Positions 28,014 to 42,515 of a stretch of 64,000 bases of DNA are shown one piece after another; position 1 is the first letter of the stretch, and every line of letters begins with the position of its first letter. The notes below the pieces were generated by a model. That model was not told where the DNA came from. It searched no databases and saw nothing but the letters and a program-made list of their open reading frames with translations. The stretch covers positions 46,934,001 through 46,998,000 of the forward strand of contig OZ024742.1 of assembly GCA_964016885.1 (NCBI GenBank). Direction: 5' to 3'. The position numbers and the translations under genes are program-made. Origin of the DNA: Eledone cirrhosa (Eukaryota).

Positions 28014-31000
28014 TATAAATATATTGGAAATCGAGAGTGGAGTATGCCAGGCAAACGAGCCAGTGGGAAATGAAGGTGAAGAGGTTGAGAGAACGGAGGA
28101 AACATCCGAAGCAGACAATGATCTAAATGCTGAAATAAATAATACCTGGAACAAAGATACGGTCATTGAGGAGATGAATGCTGACGGGCTAGGACAAGAT
28201 TTGGTTGATATTCTAAACTTAGTGGTAGATGAATTGAACAATGATAGTGGGAAACCTATGAACCTAAGATTTGTAGACAAGAAAAAGTTAAAAGGAACAA
28301 CAGCTAAGGTAAACAAAGTGATCCCATACATTGAGGCGAGGAGACTTCACCAGTGCAACAATATCCTCAAAGCAACAGCAAATGAGGTGAGGAAATTACT
28401 TGGCATAACAGCGAGAGGAAACAACAAACAAGAAAGATCAGAACCTTGGTGGAAGAAACGACTGAATGGTCAAATCAGGGAAATGAGAAATGACATTGGA
28501 AAGCTTGAGTCCCTACTGAATGGGACACTAAAAAACATAGACACTAAAAATAGACTGGAAATAAAGTACAAAACTAGGAGGAAAAAGCTAAATATTATCA
28601 TAGAGGAACTGAAGCAACGCATTTTAGCAAAGAGTGTAAAAATTAGGCGATACGAGAGCAGAGTCAGTCAGTATAGACAGAACCGCATGTTTGACAACAA
28701 CTAGAAGATGCTGTTTGGACAGCTTGAAGGGAAAGAAAGAGGCAACGACTTGATCCCTGAGGCGGAACAAACTAAGACATTCTGGAGAGGAATATGGGAG
28801 CAGGATGTTAATCATAATGACCAGGCAGTGTGGATTGAGACAGTACAAAAGGAGATTAGTGAACAGGTACACCAACAAACTGATTTGAGTATCACAGTTG
28901 AAACTCTTAAGAGGCAGGCAAAAAATCTAACCAACTGGAAATCACCAGGTCCAGATGGTGTGCAGGGGTATTGGATTAAAAATATAACATCCCTCCACCC
29001 GAAATTGACAATCATGTTCAATGACTGCTTGATGTCAGGTGAGGTACCAGAGTGGTTGACAAAAGGTACCACAGTTCTGGTAATGAAAGAACGAATCAAA
29101 GGTTATTATGTTACCAACTATAGACCTATCACATGTCTGTCCGTAATGTGGAAACCGTTGACAAGCATTGTGTCTGAGGAAATCTACCATCACCTCCACA
29201 CAAACAAGAAGTCACGTGGTATAAAGGACCAGTTACTTATTGATAAGATGGTAATGAAGAATTGCAAGAGGAGACACACTGGTCTTGCCATGGGATGGAT
29301 AGACTACAAAAAGGCATTTGATATGGTGCCTCATTCTTGGATCACCAAAAGCCTAGAGATCTTCAAGGTAGCAGATAACATCAGACAGTTGTTGGGCAAA
29401 AGTATAAAGTCCTGGAAAACAGAGTTAACATCAGCTGGAGATTCCTTGGGAGGCGTGAGGATCAAGAGAGGTATCTTCCAGGGAGTAGTCTGTCCTCCCT
29501 GTTGTTTGTCCTTGCCCTGATGCCCCTGACCATTATACTGCGAAAGGTGAGAGCAGGATACAAGTTGTGAAAGGGAGAGATTAACATCAATCACCTCCTC
29601 TTCATGGACGATCTTAAGCTCTTCGTGAAGAGTAAGACGGAGTTGGATGTGCTTGTTGACACTGTCCGTATTTTCAGCAATGATATATGTATGCAATTTG
29701 GTATTAGTAAGTGTGGAGTCCTTGTGATGAAGAGGGGCAAATTGAGCAGAAGCAACGGAATCCAGGTACCAACAGGTGAGATGACAAAGGAAATTGACAC
29801 TGAAGAAGGATACAAGTATTTGGGTGTTCTGGAGGCTGATGACATCAAGAACAAAAAAAAATGAAGGAATTGATAAGATCTGAATACATTCGGAGAGTAA
29901 GGAGCGTATTAAAGTCATATCTGAACAGTAGGAATACGATAAGTGCAGTAAATTCCCGAGCTGTGTCTATTATTAGGTACAGTGCGGGAATTCTGAGATG
30001 GAATGTTGCTGAACAAAAAGAAATGGATAGTAAGACTAGGAAGCTATTGACTATCTACAACATGTTCCACAAGAAGAGTGATGTCTACTTAAGGAGATCT
30101 AAAGGTGGAAGAGGTCTTATCAGAATAGAGGACTGTGTTCAGATGGAGAAAAACAACCTGAACAAATACGTGACTGGTAGTAAGGAGCCAATGCTCAGAA
30201 TTGTACTGAAGGAGAGGACAATAGACCAGGGGATGTCCAAGGAGGAAATAATAACAAGGAGAAAGAGCAGCCTTCATGAAAAATCCCTTCATAGTAGCTT
30301 TTTTGAGAAAACTGAATTCAGAGATCCACACACATGGAACTGATTGAAAAGAGGAGACCTTAAAAAGGCTACAGAAGGAATGCTAATGGCTGCGCAAGAG
30401 CAGGCCCTCAAAACGAAGTGGCTGAAACACCATATTTACAAGGAGGAGGCTAGCCCACTGTGCAGGATCTGTGGAGAGAGAGAGGAGACTGTGACTCACA
30501 TTGTATCCGAGTGAAAACACCTAGCCCAGACTCACTATAAAGGCTGGAGACATCATGTGATGGGCAGGGTGATCCACTGGCACCTATGCAAAGTAAACAA
30601 TTTACCACATTCTGAGAAGTGGTATTAGCATAAGCCAGAGTCGGTGATAGAAAATGATCAGGTGAAGGTGCTGTGTGATTTTACGATACAGACGGACAAG
30701 AAACTGGAACACAATAGACCTGACCTGGTTGTTTGGGACCAGGAAAAAAGATCGTGCCTGATTGTGCATGTGGCCTGTCCATTCGACACGAGAGTGCAAG
30801 AGAAGGAGAGGGAGAAAATTAACCGATACCAGGACTTAAAGTGGGAGGTAAAAAGGATTTGGAACTGCCATGAAGTCAAAGTGATCCCGATTGTCATAGG
30901 CGCACTAGGTACTATCTCAAAAAGTTTCCAGGGATGGTTAAAGAAAATTGGCCCCGCACCCCTTTTTGGAACGCTTCAAAAGGCATGCTTGCTGGGCACA

Positions 31001-31110
31001 GCAAGAACCCTCCGATACGTCATGAATATCTGAGGATGCAGGTAGTGGCTTGATATTTATTTCAACAAACTTTCCAGTTAACTAACGTAAATGACTGAGA
31101 CTCAAAGAAC

Positions 31111-31167
<57 letters not shown>
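28014..31167 (+). mobile_element. R4/Dong-type non-LTR retrotransposon (RT plus restriction-like endonuclease), copy 1, disrupted
   Basis: WKSPGPDG, NYRPITCL, WIDYKKAFDMVPH, RGIFQG, FMDDLKLF, a CCHC remnant and RPDLVV..ACPFD..EKINRY, followed by an (AAT)n tail at 31110-31167. Confidence 0.93.
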
Positions 31168-31168
<1 letters not shown>

Positions 31169-34100
31169 TTTTCTTTATTAACCACAAGGGTTTACATAAA
31201 GTTGACATTAAGGACAGTAGGACAATACAGGACGGTACAAATGGGCATTTCTGCGTGTAAAAAACAGAGGATGTAATAAAATAACAAAGAAAAATTCCCC
31301 AATAGGGGGGAGACTTCGGAGGGACATTTGTGGAGAAAGCCCAGTAAAAGGCCGCAGTGACCCTGACCACCAAGGCAAGTGCCCTCTCCCAGTTTTCTAC
31401 CTTTAATTTACAGATATATACTCAGAGTAGGCCCATTCACTCGGGCCATTTTTGCTTCTCTCACCCATCTTTCAACAAAATGCTGGGAAGAGAGCACTTC
31501 CCTCTCTACTCTGATTTTCCTTTTCAAATGAAATTTGAAAAAGTCAATCAGGGCATCACCGAAGAGGTAAGTGCTCGTCTTCACCCCTTTCAAACGTGTC
31601 CACCATACTATCTCTTTCGCCATGGCCACCAGACAGATAAAAACTGCCTGCCCTTCCCGGCTAAAGGAGGAGGGCGGGGCAATCCTCACGATGGACTCAG
31701 ATGATAGCCGGATCCATCCTACACGCGACAGCAGGTGTTCGACATAAACCCACAAGTCAGCAATTTTCGGACACTGGACGAGTGCGTGCAGGACGGTTTC
31801 GTCGCCCTGCGCGCATCTCGGACATGCTCGGCTGACAGCACCTCCATGCGTGTAGAGTTTATCCCGAACTGGCAAGGCTCCTCGGTAGCACTGCCAGGCC
31901 AGAGATTTCTGGAAATTGTCCATAGGCCCTGGCCCGAAAGTTCTTCCGAAGAGATTGGCTAGTTGATTTTCGTCAACGCCTAGAGTTTCCCCAAGTACGT
32001 CGTCGCTCTTCCCCTCCACTAATCCTCTATAGAACGCCGAGGTGGAGTTTCCACCGATCACATTGCCCGATTGGTCGAGGGCTGTGAGCGCCTGAAGACA
32101 TTCCAGTCTCCAGGCGCTCCCACTCGGTCTTCGCTTGACCCAGGACTGCAGCTCCGTCAAGGAAACGAGCTGGGTAAATACGTGTCTAGCAAACGGCGAC
32201 CGCACCTGATCACCGTCGAGGAAGAGGTGGAGATGTCGTAACCTGAGCGCGTGCCTGCGCATCATCAGCCACGGCATGCGCAGCCCTCCACGTAGCGGGT
32301 GTTGACAACAGATGGACCGCCTGACCATCGGAGCGCGTCCCTCCACAAAGAGCGAAAGAGTAAACGCTCCAGCACAGTCAGGTGAGGCTTAGGACAAGGT
32401 ACGACGGTCGGGCGGTAGCAGATGACAGACGCGATGTACGCGTTAGCCACCTCCGCTCGACCTTTCAGGGATAGCTTACTCTCCGCCCATTTCTGGGTGA
32501 GAGAAGCCACCCTGCTCGTCACCTCGTCCCACTTTTTGTCCGTCTGGAGGTCCGGACCGAACCAGACCCCTAGCAATTTTACCGGTCCGTCCGTCCAGCG
32601 CCCGACGACGCTGTTGGACGGCATGGACCTGCCACTCCAGGTGCCGAGCTGCATGCCCACTGACTTTTCCTGGTTGATCATTGCTCCTGTCACCACTTCG
32701 TATTTTCTTAGTGTATTGCCGATCGCCTCGATGTGTTTGGCGTTCGACACCACTACGGTGACATCGTCGGCATATGCTGACACGGATCTTCCGCATCCTA
32801 GTTCGCGCGGGACGCCCCTCAACGTCTCCAGTTTGTGCAGTAATGGCTCGAGAGTCAATACGTACAAGAGGGACGAGAGGGAACATCCTTGGCGGACCGA
32901 GCGCATGATGTTGAACGGTTCCGAAAGGTGACCGTTCACTCTCACCACAGAGCAGATGTCGCTGTGCATGGCAGCGATCCAGCCTCTGAAGACGGGCCCA
33001 AAGCCAACCGCCCTCAGGGCTGCCGCTAGGTAACGATGGTCGACCCTATCGAAAGGTTTCGACTAATCTAAATTGATCAAGGACCCACCCGTGCCAGGTT
33101 CCCTAGCTACCCTCTCTACGATGTATCGCATGAGGTGGAGGTTGTCGTGGATGGATCTCTCGGGAATGGCGCATGTCTGAGCCTCTCCCACCAGACCACC
33201 AACGACAAGCGCCAACCTCTTTGCTAGCACCTTGGCCAAAATCTTGAACTCTGTGTTTAGCAGAGTTATGGCTCTAAAATTATCTATGTTATCCCCCTTG
33301 TTGGGATCCTTTCTCAGCAGTGCCACCGCTCCTCGGCTCATAGAACTGGGAATTCTCCAGTTCTGTTACCAGTTGCAGTAGACGTCCGCCAAGAGGCCTC
33401 CAAACAAGTCTGGCATCTGTACGTAAAGTTCATAGGGCAGACCATCCAAACCAGGCGAGTTACCCCTTGTGCAGCCAGTCATTGCCTCCCTTACTTCAGC
33501 GGCTGTTATCGGCTTTTCGCAACACTCCGCCTCAGTGGCCGAGAGCCGCGGCAGTCCGTCGAGGTAGACACTAAAGTCCATCCCTCGACCTGGCCTACCG
33601 CTGCCTCCGAACAGCTGAGCGAAGTGTCGCTGAAAAGCTTCACACATTTGTCCGGGATCGAGTAGCATGAGCCCGTCGTGGTCCACCAAAGACCGGATCG
33701 TGGCTTTGTTGCCACGACGCGCCTCCGCCACTAGGGCCCATTGAACGGCTTTCGTCCCCTCGTGTCTGAGAGCACGCACCCTAGCTCTGACAACGCAGCC
33801 TTCGTGCTTTGCATTGAAGAATTGGTCAAGGACCAATTTCGCCGCAAGCACGTCGGTCGCAATGCCTTTGCTAAGCGCCTCGTCTAATTTTCTAACTAGT
33901 TCTCCCTCTGCTCTATTTTTCTCTATTGCTAAAGCCTTACTAAACCTAATGGATTCTATTCTAATCGCTCTTTTCAGAGCAAACCACCACTTGTTGTTGA
34001 CGATGGCCCCCGTCAACGCCCGCTTAACTAGTTCGCTAATCCGGTCTCTGTAGGCCTTGCGCGCTGGTAAGGACGCGTTTAGCTTCCAGTAGTCGGGTCC

Positions 34101-34773
34101 TCGTCTATGAAGCCTATCTAATTCAAGCACACAGATCACGAATTTGTGGTCCGTGTAGCTGACTATCTTGAATTGTGGACAGCCTATGCTAGACCTATCT
34201 ATTTCCCTACAAAATACTCTATCTAGATATGATCTGGATGAGCCTATGCGATTTGTCCAAGTCCACATTGGCACATTCGGGAAATCCAATCGGTACCTGT
34301 CAGACAGTTCAAAACGCCTGAGCAGGTTGGTGAGGCTCTTGCACCCTCCACCCCTATCCGCTAATCCCACACAGTCCCAGCGTGCATCTAAGATCCCGTT
34401 CCAGTCGCCCACTAACACTAAAGAGCGGGACGTTCCAAGAAAGGTCTTCAGACGCCGGAAGAAATCAGGCCGTCCTGCTCCTGTCGGGGCATAGACGGCC
34501 ACTAGCCTGAAAGCTTGCCCGACTGCGCTGGTCACGTCCAGCACCAACATCTTAGCCTCTGGGTCCAGGAAGATTGCCCGTATGGCGAGATCCAAACCTC
34601 TCCGAAAAACACAGCAACTCCTCCCCCCGATCCAGGACGGCTGGGAGATGCGTACACATCGTAGCCGCCGAAGATCGGTGCGAAGGCCCGTGCTTCGGAG
34701 ATTCTGGTCTCGCTGATGGCCACTACATCTATGTTTAGTGACCTGAGGTCGTTGAGCAGGTGACCCTGCTTCC
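31168..34773 (-). mobile_element. Tx1/L1-clade LINE ORF2 (APE endonuclease, RT, Cys-rich domain), frameshifted, ORF1 absent
   Basis: AISET, VYAP, GDWN, YLDRV, TDHK, SPGLDG, NFRAITLLN, RQGCSLS, AYADD and CPRC..ETVLHALVQC. An AATAAA lies just before the (TAA)n array at the 3' end. Confidence 0.93.
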
Positions 34774-37592
34774 ATGACGGCGAGGAGCCTTCACCAGTGC
34801 AACAATATCCTCAAAGCAACAGCAAATACGGCGAGGAAACTACTTTGTATAAAAGCGAGAGGAAACAACAGACAAGAAAGAGAAGAGCCTTGGTGGAAGA
34901 AACGACTGAGTGGTCAAATCAGGGAAATGAGAAATGACATTGGAAAGCTTGAGTCACTACTGAATGGGACACTAAAAAAATTAGGCACTAAAAGTAGACT
35001 GGAAATAAAGTACAAAACTAGGAGGAAAAAGCTAAATATTATCATAGAGGAACTGAAGCAACGCATTGTAGCAAAGAGTGCAAAAATCAGGCGATACGAG
35101 AACAGAGTCATTCAGTATAAACAGAACCGCATGTTCGACAACAACCAGAAGATGCTGTTTGGACAGCTTGAGGGGAAAGAAAGAGGCAACGACTTGATCC
35201 CTTTGGCGGAACAAAGTAAAACATTCTGGAGAGGAATATGGGAGCAGGATGTTAGACATAATGACCAGGCAGGGTGGATTGAGACAGTACAGAGGCAGAT
35301 CGGTGAGCAGGCACACCAACAAACTGATTTGAGTATCACAGTTGAAACTCTTAAGGAGCAGGCCAAAAAACTAACCAACTGGAAATCACCAGGCCCATAT
35401 GGTGTGCAGGGGTATTGGATTAAAAATATAACATCCCTCCACCCGAAACTGACAACCATGTTCAATGACTGCTTGATGTCAGGTGAGGTACCAGAGTGGT
35501 TGACAAAAGGTACCACAGTTCTGATAATGAAAGAGCGAATCAAGGGTAATGATGTTACCAACTATAGACCTATCACACGTCTGTCCGTAATGTGGAAACT
35601 GTTGACGAGCATTGTGTCTGAGGAAATCCACCATCACCTCCACACAAACAACTTGTTACCGGACGAACAGAAAGGATGCCGAAAGAAGTCACGTGGTACA
35701 AAGGACCAGTTACTTATTGATAAGATGGTAATGGGGAATTGCAGGAGGAGACACACTGATTTTGCCATGTGATGGATAGACTACAGAAAGGCATTTGACA
35801 TGGTGCATGATTCTTGGATCACCAAAAGCCTGGAGATCTTCAAGGTGGCAGATCACATCAGACAGTTGTTGGGCAAGAGTATGAGGTCTTGGGAAACAGA
35901 GTTGACATCAACTGGAGAATCCTTGGGAAGCGTGAAGATCAAGAGAGGTATCTTTCAGGGAGATAGCCTGTCCCCTCTGTTGTTTGTCCTTGCCCTGATG
36001 CCCCTGACCAGTGTACTGCGAAACGTGAGAGCAGGATACGGGTTGGGAAAGGGAGGGATTGCCATCAATCACCTCCTCTTCATGGACGATCTTAAGCTCT
36101 TCGGGAAGAGTGAGAAGGAGTTGGATGTGCTTGTTGACACTGTCCGTATTTTCAGCAGTGATATATGTATGCAGTTTGGTATTAGTAAGTGTGGAGTCAT
36201 TGTGATGAGGAGGGGTAGGTTGAGCAGAAGTAACGGAATCCAGATACCAACAGGTGAGATGATAAAGGAAATTGACTCTGAGGAAGGATACAAGTATTTG
36301 GGCGTTCTGGAGGCTGATTGCATAAAGAACAAAAAGATGAAGGAATTGTTAAGAACTGAATACATTCGGAGAGTAAGGAGCGTATTGAAGTCACATCTGA
36401 ACACCAGAAATGCCATAAGCGCAGTAAATTTCCGAGCTGTGTCTATTATTAGGTACAGTGCGGGAATTCTGAGATGGAATGTTGCTGACCAAAAAGAAAT
36501 GGATAGGAAGACTAGGAAGCTATTGACTATCTACAACATGTTCCAGTAGAGGAGTGATGTCGATAGACTCTACCTAAGGAGATCTGAGGGTGGAAGAGGT
36601 CTTATCAGCATAGAGGACTGTGTTCAGATGGAGAAAAACAACCTACACAAATACGTGACTGATAGTAAGGAGCCAATGCTCAGAACTGTACTGAAGGAGG
36701 GGACAATAGGCCAGGGGATGTCCAAGGAGGAAATAACATCAAGGAGAACGAGCAGCCTTCAGGAAAAAATCCCTTCATAGTACATTCTTTGAGAAAACTG
36801 AATTTAGAGATCCACAGACATCGAACTGGTTGAGAAGAGGAGACCTTAAAAAGGCTACAGAAGGAATGTTAATGGCTGCGCAGGAGCAGGCCCTCAAAAC
36901 GAAGTGGTTGAAACACCATATTTACAAGGAGGAGGCTAGCCCACTGTGCAGGATCTGTGGAGAGAGAGAGGAGACTGTGACTCACATTGTATCCGAGTGT
37001 AAACACCTAGCCCAGACCCACTATAAGGGCTGGAGACATGATGTGATGGGCAGGGTGATCCACTGGCACCTGTGCAAAGTAAACAATTTACCACATTCTG
37101 AGAAATGGTATGAGCATAAGCCAGAGGCGGTGATGGAGAACGATCAGGTGAAGGTGCTGTGGGATTTTAGGATACAGACGGACAAGAAACTGGAACACAA
37201 TAGACCTGACCTGGTGGTTGTGGACAAAGAAAAAAGATCGTGTCTGGTTGTGGATGTGGCCTGCCCATTCGACACGAGAGTGCAAGAGAAGGAGAGGGAG
37301 AAAATTAACCGATACCAGGACTTAAAGTGGGAGGTAAAAAGGATTTGGAACTGCCATGAAGTCAAAGTGATCCTGATTGTCATAGGCGCACTGGGGACTA
37401 TCTCCAAAAGTTTCCAGGGATGGTTAAAGAAAATCGGCCCCTTCACGCTTTTTGGAACGCTTCAAAAGGCATGCTTGCTGGGAACAGCAAGAACCCTCCG
37501 ATACGTCCTGAATATCTGAAGCTGCAGGTAGTGGCTTGATATTCATTCCAACGGACTTTCCAGTTAACTAACATCAATGACTGAGATTCAAG

Positions 37593-37623
<31 letters not shown>
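34774..37623 (+). mobile_element. R4/Dong-type non-LTR retrotransposon, copy 2, disrupted
   Basis: Same family as 28014-31167: QGDSLSPLLF, FMDD, CRICGEREETVTHIVSEC..RHD and RPDLVVVD..DVACPFD..EK, with an (AAT)n tail. Confidence 0.94.
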
Positions 37624-37814
37624 TGTTTCTACGTTAGGCACAAGGCCAGCAATTAACCAGTGTATTACTGGTACGTTATTTTATCGACCCCGTAAGGATG
37701 AAAAGCAAAGTTAACCTTGGCGGGATTAACTTTGCCTTTCATCCTTACCGGGTCGATAAAATAAAGTACCAGTAATACACTGGTTAATTGCTGGTATTGT
37801 GCCTGCAATTAACC

Positions 37815-37861
<47 letters not shown>

Positions 37862-38050
37862 TAAAATGATAATAATTAAAATGATAATAATAATTTGATT
37901 AAGTTAACAGGAGGCCGGACTGGTAATTATGGCCCTTTGCATTCTGAGTTGAAAACCGCCGAGGTTAACTTTGCCTTTCATCCTTACGAGGTCGATAAAA
38001 TTTAATACCAGTGGTGCAATGTGGGTTCCGCTCGCTTTGTGCCAAAAGCA
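37624..38050. mobile_element. SINE fragments (foldback pair plus one forward copy)
   Basis: The core actttgcctttcatcctt.cggggtcgataaa..aagtaccagt occurs in both orientations (37624-37805) and again at ~37940-38050. It resembles Nin-domain SINEs as recalled from octopus. Confidence 0.75.
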
Positions 38051-38429
38051 TAAAACATATTTCTTTAATATATATAGCGAGAGAGATAGAAAGAGAAAGT
38101 GAGAGGAGCTATGATGGAACTAATCTATTTGATGATAGGTCTCTTGTACCAGCAATTTATCACGTCAATTATTCTATTTTACGTTGAAATATTTTTATCA
38201 ACCATATTTATTCCTCGATTCGTTTCTGCTTTCTTTCTATCACCTCCCCCTCTCTCTCTCTCTTTCTCTTTCTCTCCCTCTCTCTGTGTAGCTTTTTCTC
38301 TTTTTCACAGATACTTAATCCGACATGCATTCATATGCACACATAAACATACACACATACACATACACACGTCCTTAATCACATACACACACATAGACAC
38401 GCGCAGAAAAAAATACAGAGAGAGAGATC

Positions 38430-38473
<44 letters not shown>

Positions 38474-38559
38474 CAATTATTATATTTATATATATATATG
38501 TAGGGATAGCTAGATAGATAGAGAAACAATTATATTTATATAAATATATGGAGCGATAG

Positions 38560-38700
<141 letters not shown>

Positions 38701-40603
38701 AACAGTCGTGGGCAGTGAAAATCGTACTGGCGTCCTTAACATTCTACGTCATAATTTCTTCACATTTCATTTACCAACATTGTTTACTGCCTGAATTCAG
38801 AGTATATTAGAATTCTTTAATAAATATAGACATTACACAATCAACTGAAATAAATACGTTGTCAAGGTAATATTTAGCAATCACTTTCTTAGATGTAGTC
38901 TTTGTTTTCTTTTCTCCTTCTTTTCATCTATCAATGTTTTCATTTGAATCAGCGTCACATTATTTTTTTTCAAACAATCCTTTTGTTGATGTTGAATTTG
39001 TCATTTCATTTCTAAATCTTCCATTAAAAAAAAAACAAAAAAAAAAACTATATTTCTATTTATCACGCGCACACAAATGCCCCCCCCCCTATAGATATAC
39101 GTACATACATATGCATACATAAACATACACACACATACACACACGCACACGCGCACACATATATATGTGTTTGTGCTCGCGCACGTGTGTATGTGTTTCT
39201 TTGTGTGCTTATGTGCACATACAGAATTATACTGTATCACAGATATTGACATGTTGCGAATGAAATAGTTATAATAAGAAACCTAAAACAATAATAATTA
39301 CCCTGACATATATTTGTTATTTCAGCATCGATCAATTCAATTATTAAACCATTAATTATTATTATCATAATTTACGACATTCATTTAATAGTTTTTCTAT
39401 ATATAACGTTTTAGTGATTGTTCCTCCTGCTATGTATTAACTACCCGACCAAAATCTCCGGTTAAATTTCTAGCCCTAGAAAATTTAACACATATCTGTC
39501 CACCACTAAACACTGGTTGTTTTAAGTTAATATCTATCTTCCTCCAGTGCTTTATTGATTGTCATTCAATAAACTTATCTAGCTTTTATATAACTTAGAG
39601 TAACTATTTGTTTATTATCCGTAACATTTTCTCCTACTTTGTTGCACTGTATATCTCTAACTTTCATGTGTTCTGCAGCGCCGAGTACTTTTATATTGTT
39701 CCTCCAATAAGACTGTTCCGCTTTTCAGCCTTTCCTCAAAACCTATTTTTATGTGAAGTGCCATAATTAACGTAGTTAGCATCAAATTTGCCGAACTTAT
39801 ATATATTTTTGTGTGAAAACGTTGCAAGTAATTTGTGAATAGAATGCAAGGGACTTGGATTGCTTCAGACACAAACCGTTATCTAGTATAGTTTCTCTTA
39901 ATTTTCATATCGTTATCTCTTTATTATCTATTTGCATATATTTCCTTTATAGGCTTAACGTTAATACCTTAACGTTAATACAAACGGTGATTATACTAAA
40001 CCGAGACGGCATTCTTATTTAAAAAAAAAAAAGAATCTACCGCAAAGACTTGTGCTGTAAAACCTAATGCATATGATTTTGAATTTATCAGTGAATATAA
40101 AGGACGGAACAAAAGAAGCCATTACTGACTAGGGTAATGATTGTAAAAAGCTACATTACTGCTAATACATGGCGATGCATAAATATTTCCTCTTAAAAGA
40201 AATCAGATGCCGTTTTTTCCCTGTCATTCTCACTTCAAATCTCAATTTTTCTCTCATACATCTCTGCTATTTCTTTTATTATTCAAAAGCAAAGAAATCA
40301 TTGAATGTTTAGTGTAGCATTTTTTTCTGATTATTTTCTTTCACTTGTTCTTTGTTATAATCGTTAAATGATGTAGTTTTTTTCTCCATTCTAATACTCA
40401 TACAAACACACAGCAAAGGGGAAGTCAGAATGAATGCTACGTTGAGTGATATCTGGGTATTTTTAAAATCATTGTAGCAGAGTAAAGTATATAACGAACA
40501 TTGAGGATTTTCGTTTTTCACAACGAGAGCTGTTCTTTAAAAACTTATTTACCACCTACTGGGTCTAACACAAACACATTTCTAATAAGTGTTTCATCAA
40601 GGG

Positions 40604-40646
<43 letters not shown>

Positions 40647-40648
<2 letters not shown>

Positions 40649-41366
40649 TAAAAATTAGCGAGAATCGAATTTCAGCCTATGAAATAACGAAAAAACACTT
40701 TCGAATTGTGAGGCAAGCGCTCAATAATTCAAAAGAATTAGAGCTTACAACTTACGTTAAAGGCCAAACACACTGAGATGGTGGTTAAACTAATTATCCA
40801 CACAGCGAAGATTCGATCTCCTATTTCAGGCCAAACAGATATACAGATATAAAAATATATGAAAGCATAAATGTTTTATACTCACCGGACCCCTGGAATG
40901 ATGGTAAAGTCCAGTGTTGGGGTTTCTGCGGCTCCATAAGTCATTTACTGTCCACTTACATAGAGGATGTTAAGTTTCTCGTATCCTGACTGAACTAGGA
41001 GTGCGCCTTATCAACGGGATTCAGTTCTAAAGACCACATAGATGTGTCTATAACTGACCCCACGTGGGGTTCAGCAAGGGAGGCAACACCTAAATTAGGC
41101 GCATGAATTCATCTGTGTATAATATTGCGAAAATGCAAAATATCACAAAGCGAATGAAGCTCTCGACAGAGTGGTTAAATATAACAAAGCTATTCGGCAG
41201 TCAATAGAATAGACCCAAACCAGTCAATAAAATTAACTGGCCAATAGCTAGACTCTGGAGATTAATACAAGTAAAAATTAGCGAGAATCGAATTTCAGCC
41301 TATGAAATAACGAAAAAACACTTTCGAATTGTGAGGCAAGCGCTCAATAATTCAAAATAATTAGAG
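40647..41366 (-). mobile_element. Non-coding element with ~98-bp direct repeats (period ~622 bp) and a decayed U3-A8 hammerhead
   Basis: 40647-40744 is repeated at 41269-41366, and the element starts at (TA)n. At 40947-41025 (minus): UUGAUAA...GAAA-CUUAACAU ccucu AUGUAAGU. Confidence 0.7.
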
Positions 41367-41944
41367 CACTTAATTTATTATATTAGGCACTTAATTTATT
41401 ATATCCAGTGGGAATAGTTAGAGACGGTTGCTTCTGACAAGACCCACTGAAAGGAGTGTTTGAGGACCCTGGACACCACGAACCTCTCTGGAATAAGCGA
41501 GCGGGGAAGGAGGTGGGACATGAGGAGGAGCAGGAGAAGAAGAAGAAGAAGAAGAAGAAGAAGAAGAAGAAGAAGAAGAAGAAGAAGAAGAAGAAGAAGA
41601 AGAAGAAGAAGAAGAAGAAGAAGAAGAAGAAGAAGAAGAAGAAGCCCTGTGATTTTCCACGTCTTCAAATACCAGCAAAATACCCCACAGATTAGAACCT
41701 GGATTTTGGGGTTAAGAATTTGACATGTATAATACACCGAGCTTTAACGCACCTTTTTATAACACAAGTTGACATATCCACTTTCAATTGTTCTCCTACT
41801 ATATATATGTATATATAAATTTATACATATAAATAGAAGCACACATATACACAGCTATAGAATTCAATTTTTAAATTCATTGGATTTTACTGCACTTGAA
41901 TATTTTACAACTTGGATTGAGTATTTGTTTGAATTCCTTTGCTA

Positions 41945-41948
<4 letters not shown>
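41360..41948 (+). repeat. Left arm of a large inverted repeat containing (GAA)n; right arm is 47818-48366
   Basis: Reverse-complement identity including (GAA)n at 41534-41644 and (TTC)n at 48117-48222. Confidence 0.92.
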
Positions 41949-42014
<66 letters not shown>

Positions 42015-42076
42015 TAGCAAAGGAATTCAAACAAATACTCAATGCAAGTTGTAAAATATTCAGGTGCAGTAAAATC

Positions 42077-42514
42077 TGTAGTGACTGAGATGGTCGCTTA
42101 GCAAATAGCAGTTGCCTCCCCTTAACAACTCTTCAGAGAGCGGAGGCAAGATACATCCGGTCACAGACGCGGACATGAACAGACGTGAAAGGATTCGCTC
42201 CTCAAAAAATATTGACCATGCTGGCTTCGTGAGGGATTATGTGTAAATGCCCTCCTTCGCATCAAGGACGCCACGATATCTCGACTAATATGCACTCGAT
42301 TATTCTTTCGTTGTTCCTGCACCGGAGAATATAATTACACTACTTCTATTAACCAACAAGGTATGTTTGAATTGATATTGTACATAATTTATTAAATGTC
42401 GCATTTAATAAAGGTTCGTTGATTTTTGACTGTTCACACCCATTCTGGAGTCATTTATTTCTACAAAGAGAAACGATGTATTATCCATTCATCCACAATC
42501 ATTCGTTTCCTTTA
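42077..42514 (+). repeat. 5' LTR
   Basis: Starts TGTAGTGAC, is near-identical to 47266-47694 and contains AATAAA at ~42407. Confidence 0.95.
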
Positions 42515-42515
42515 T

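Noticed and set aside
38750-40600. Unique-looking AT-rich stretch, possible host exons or DNA transposon
   Set aside because: The short ORFs show no recognisable motif, and no TIRs or convincing splice pattern were seen by eye; left unassigned.
41430-41460. CTGACAA...GAAA in the inverted-repeat arm
   Set aside because: No stem II or stem I pairing in either arm copy.
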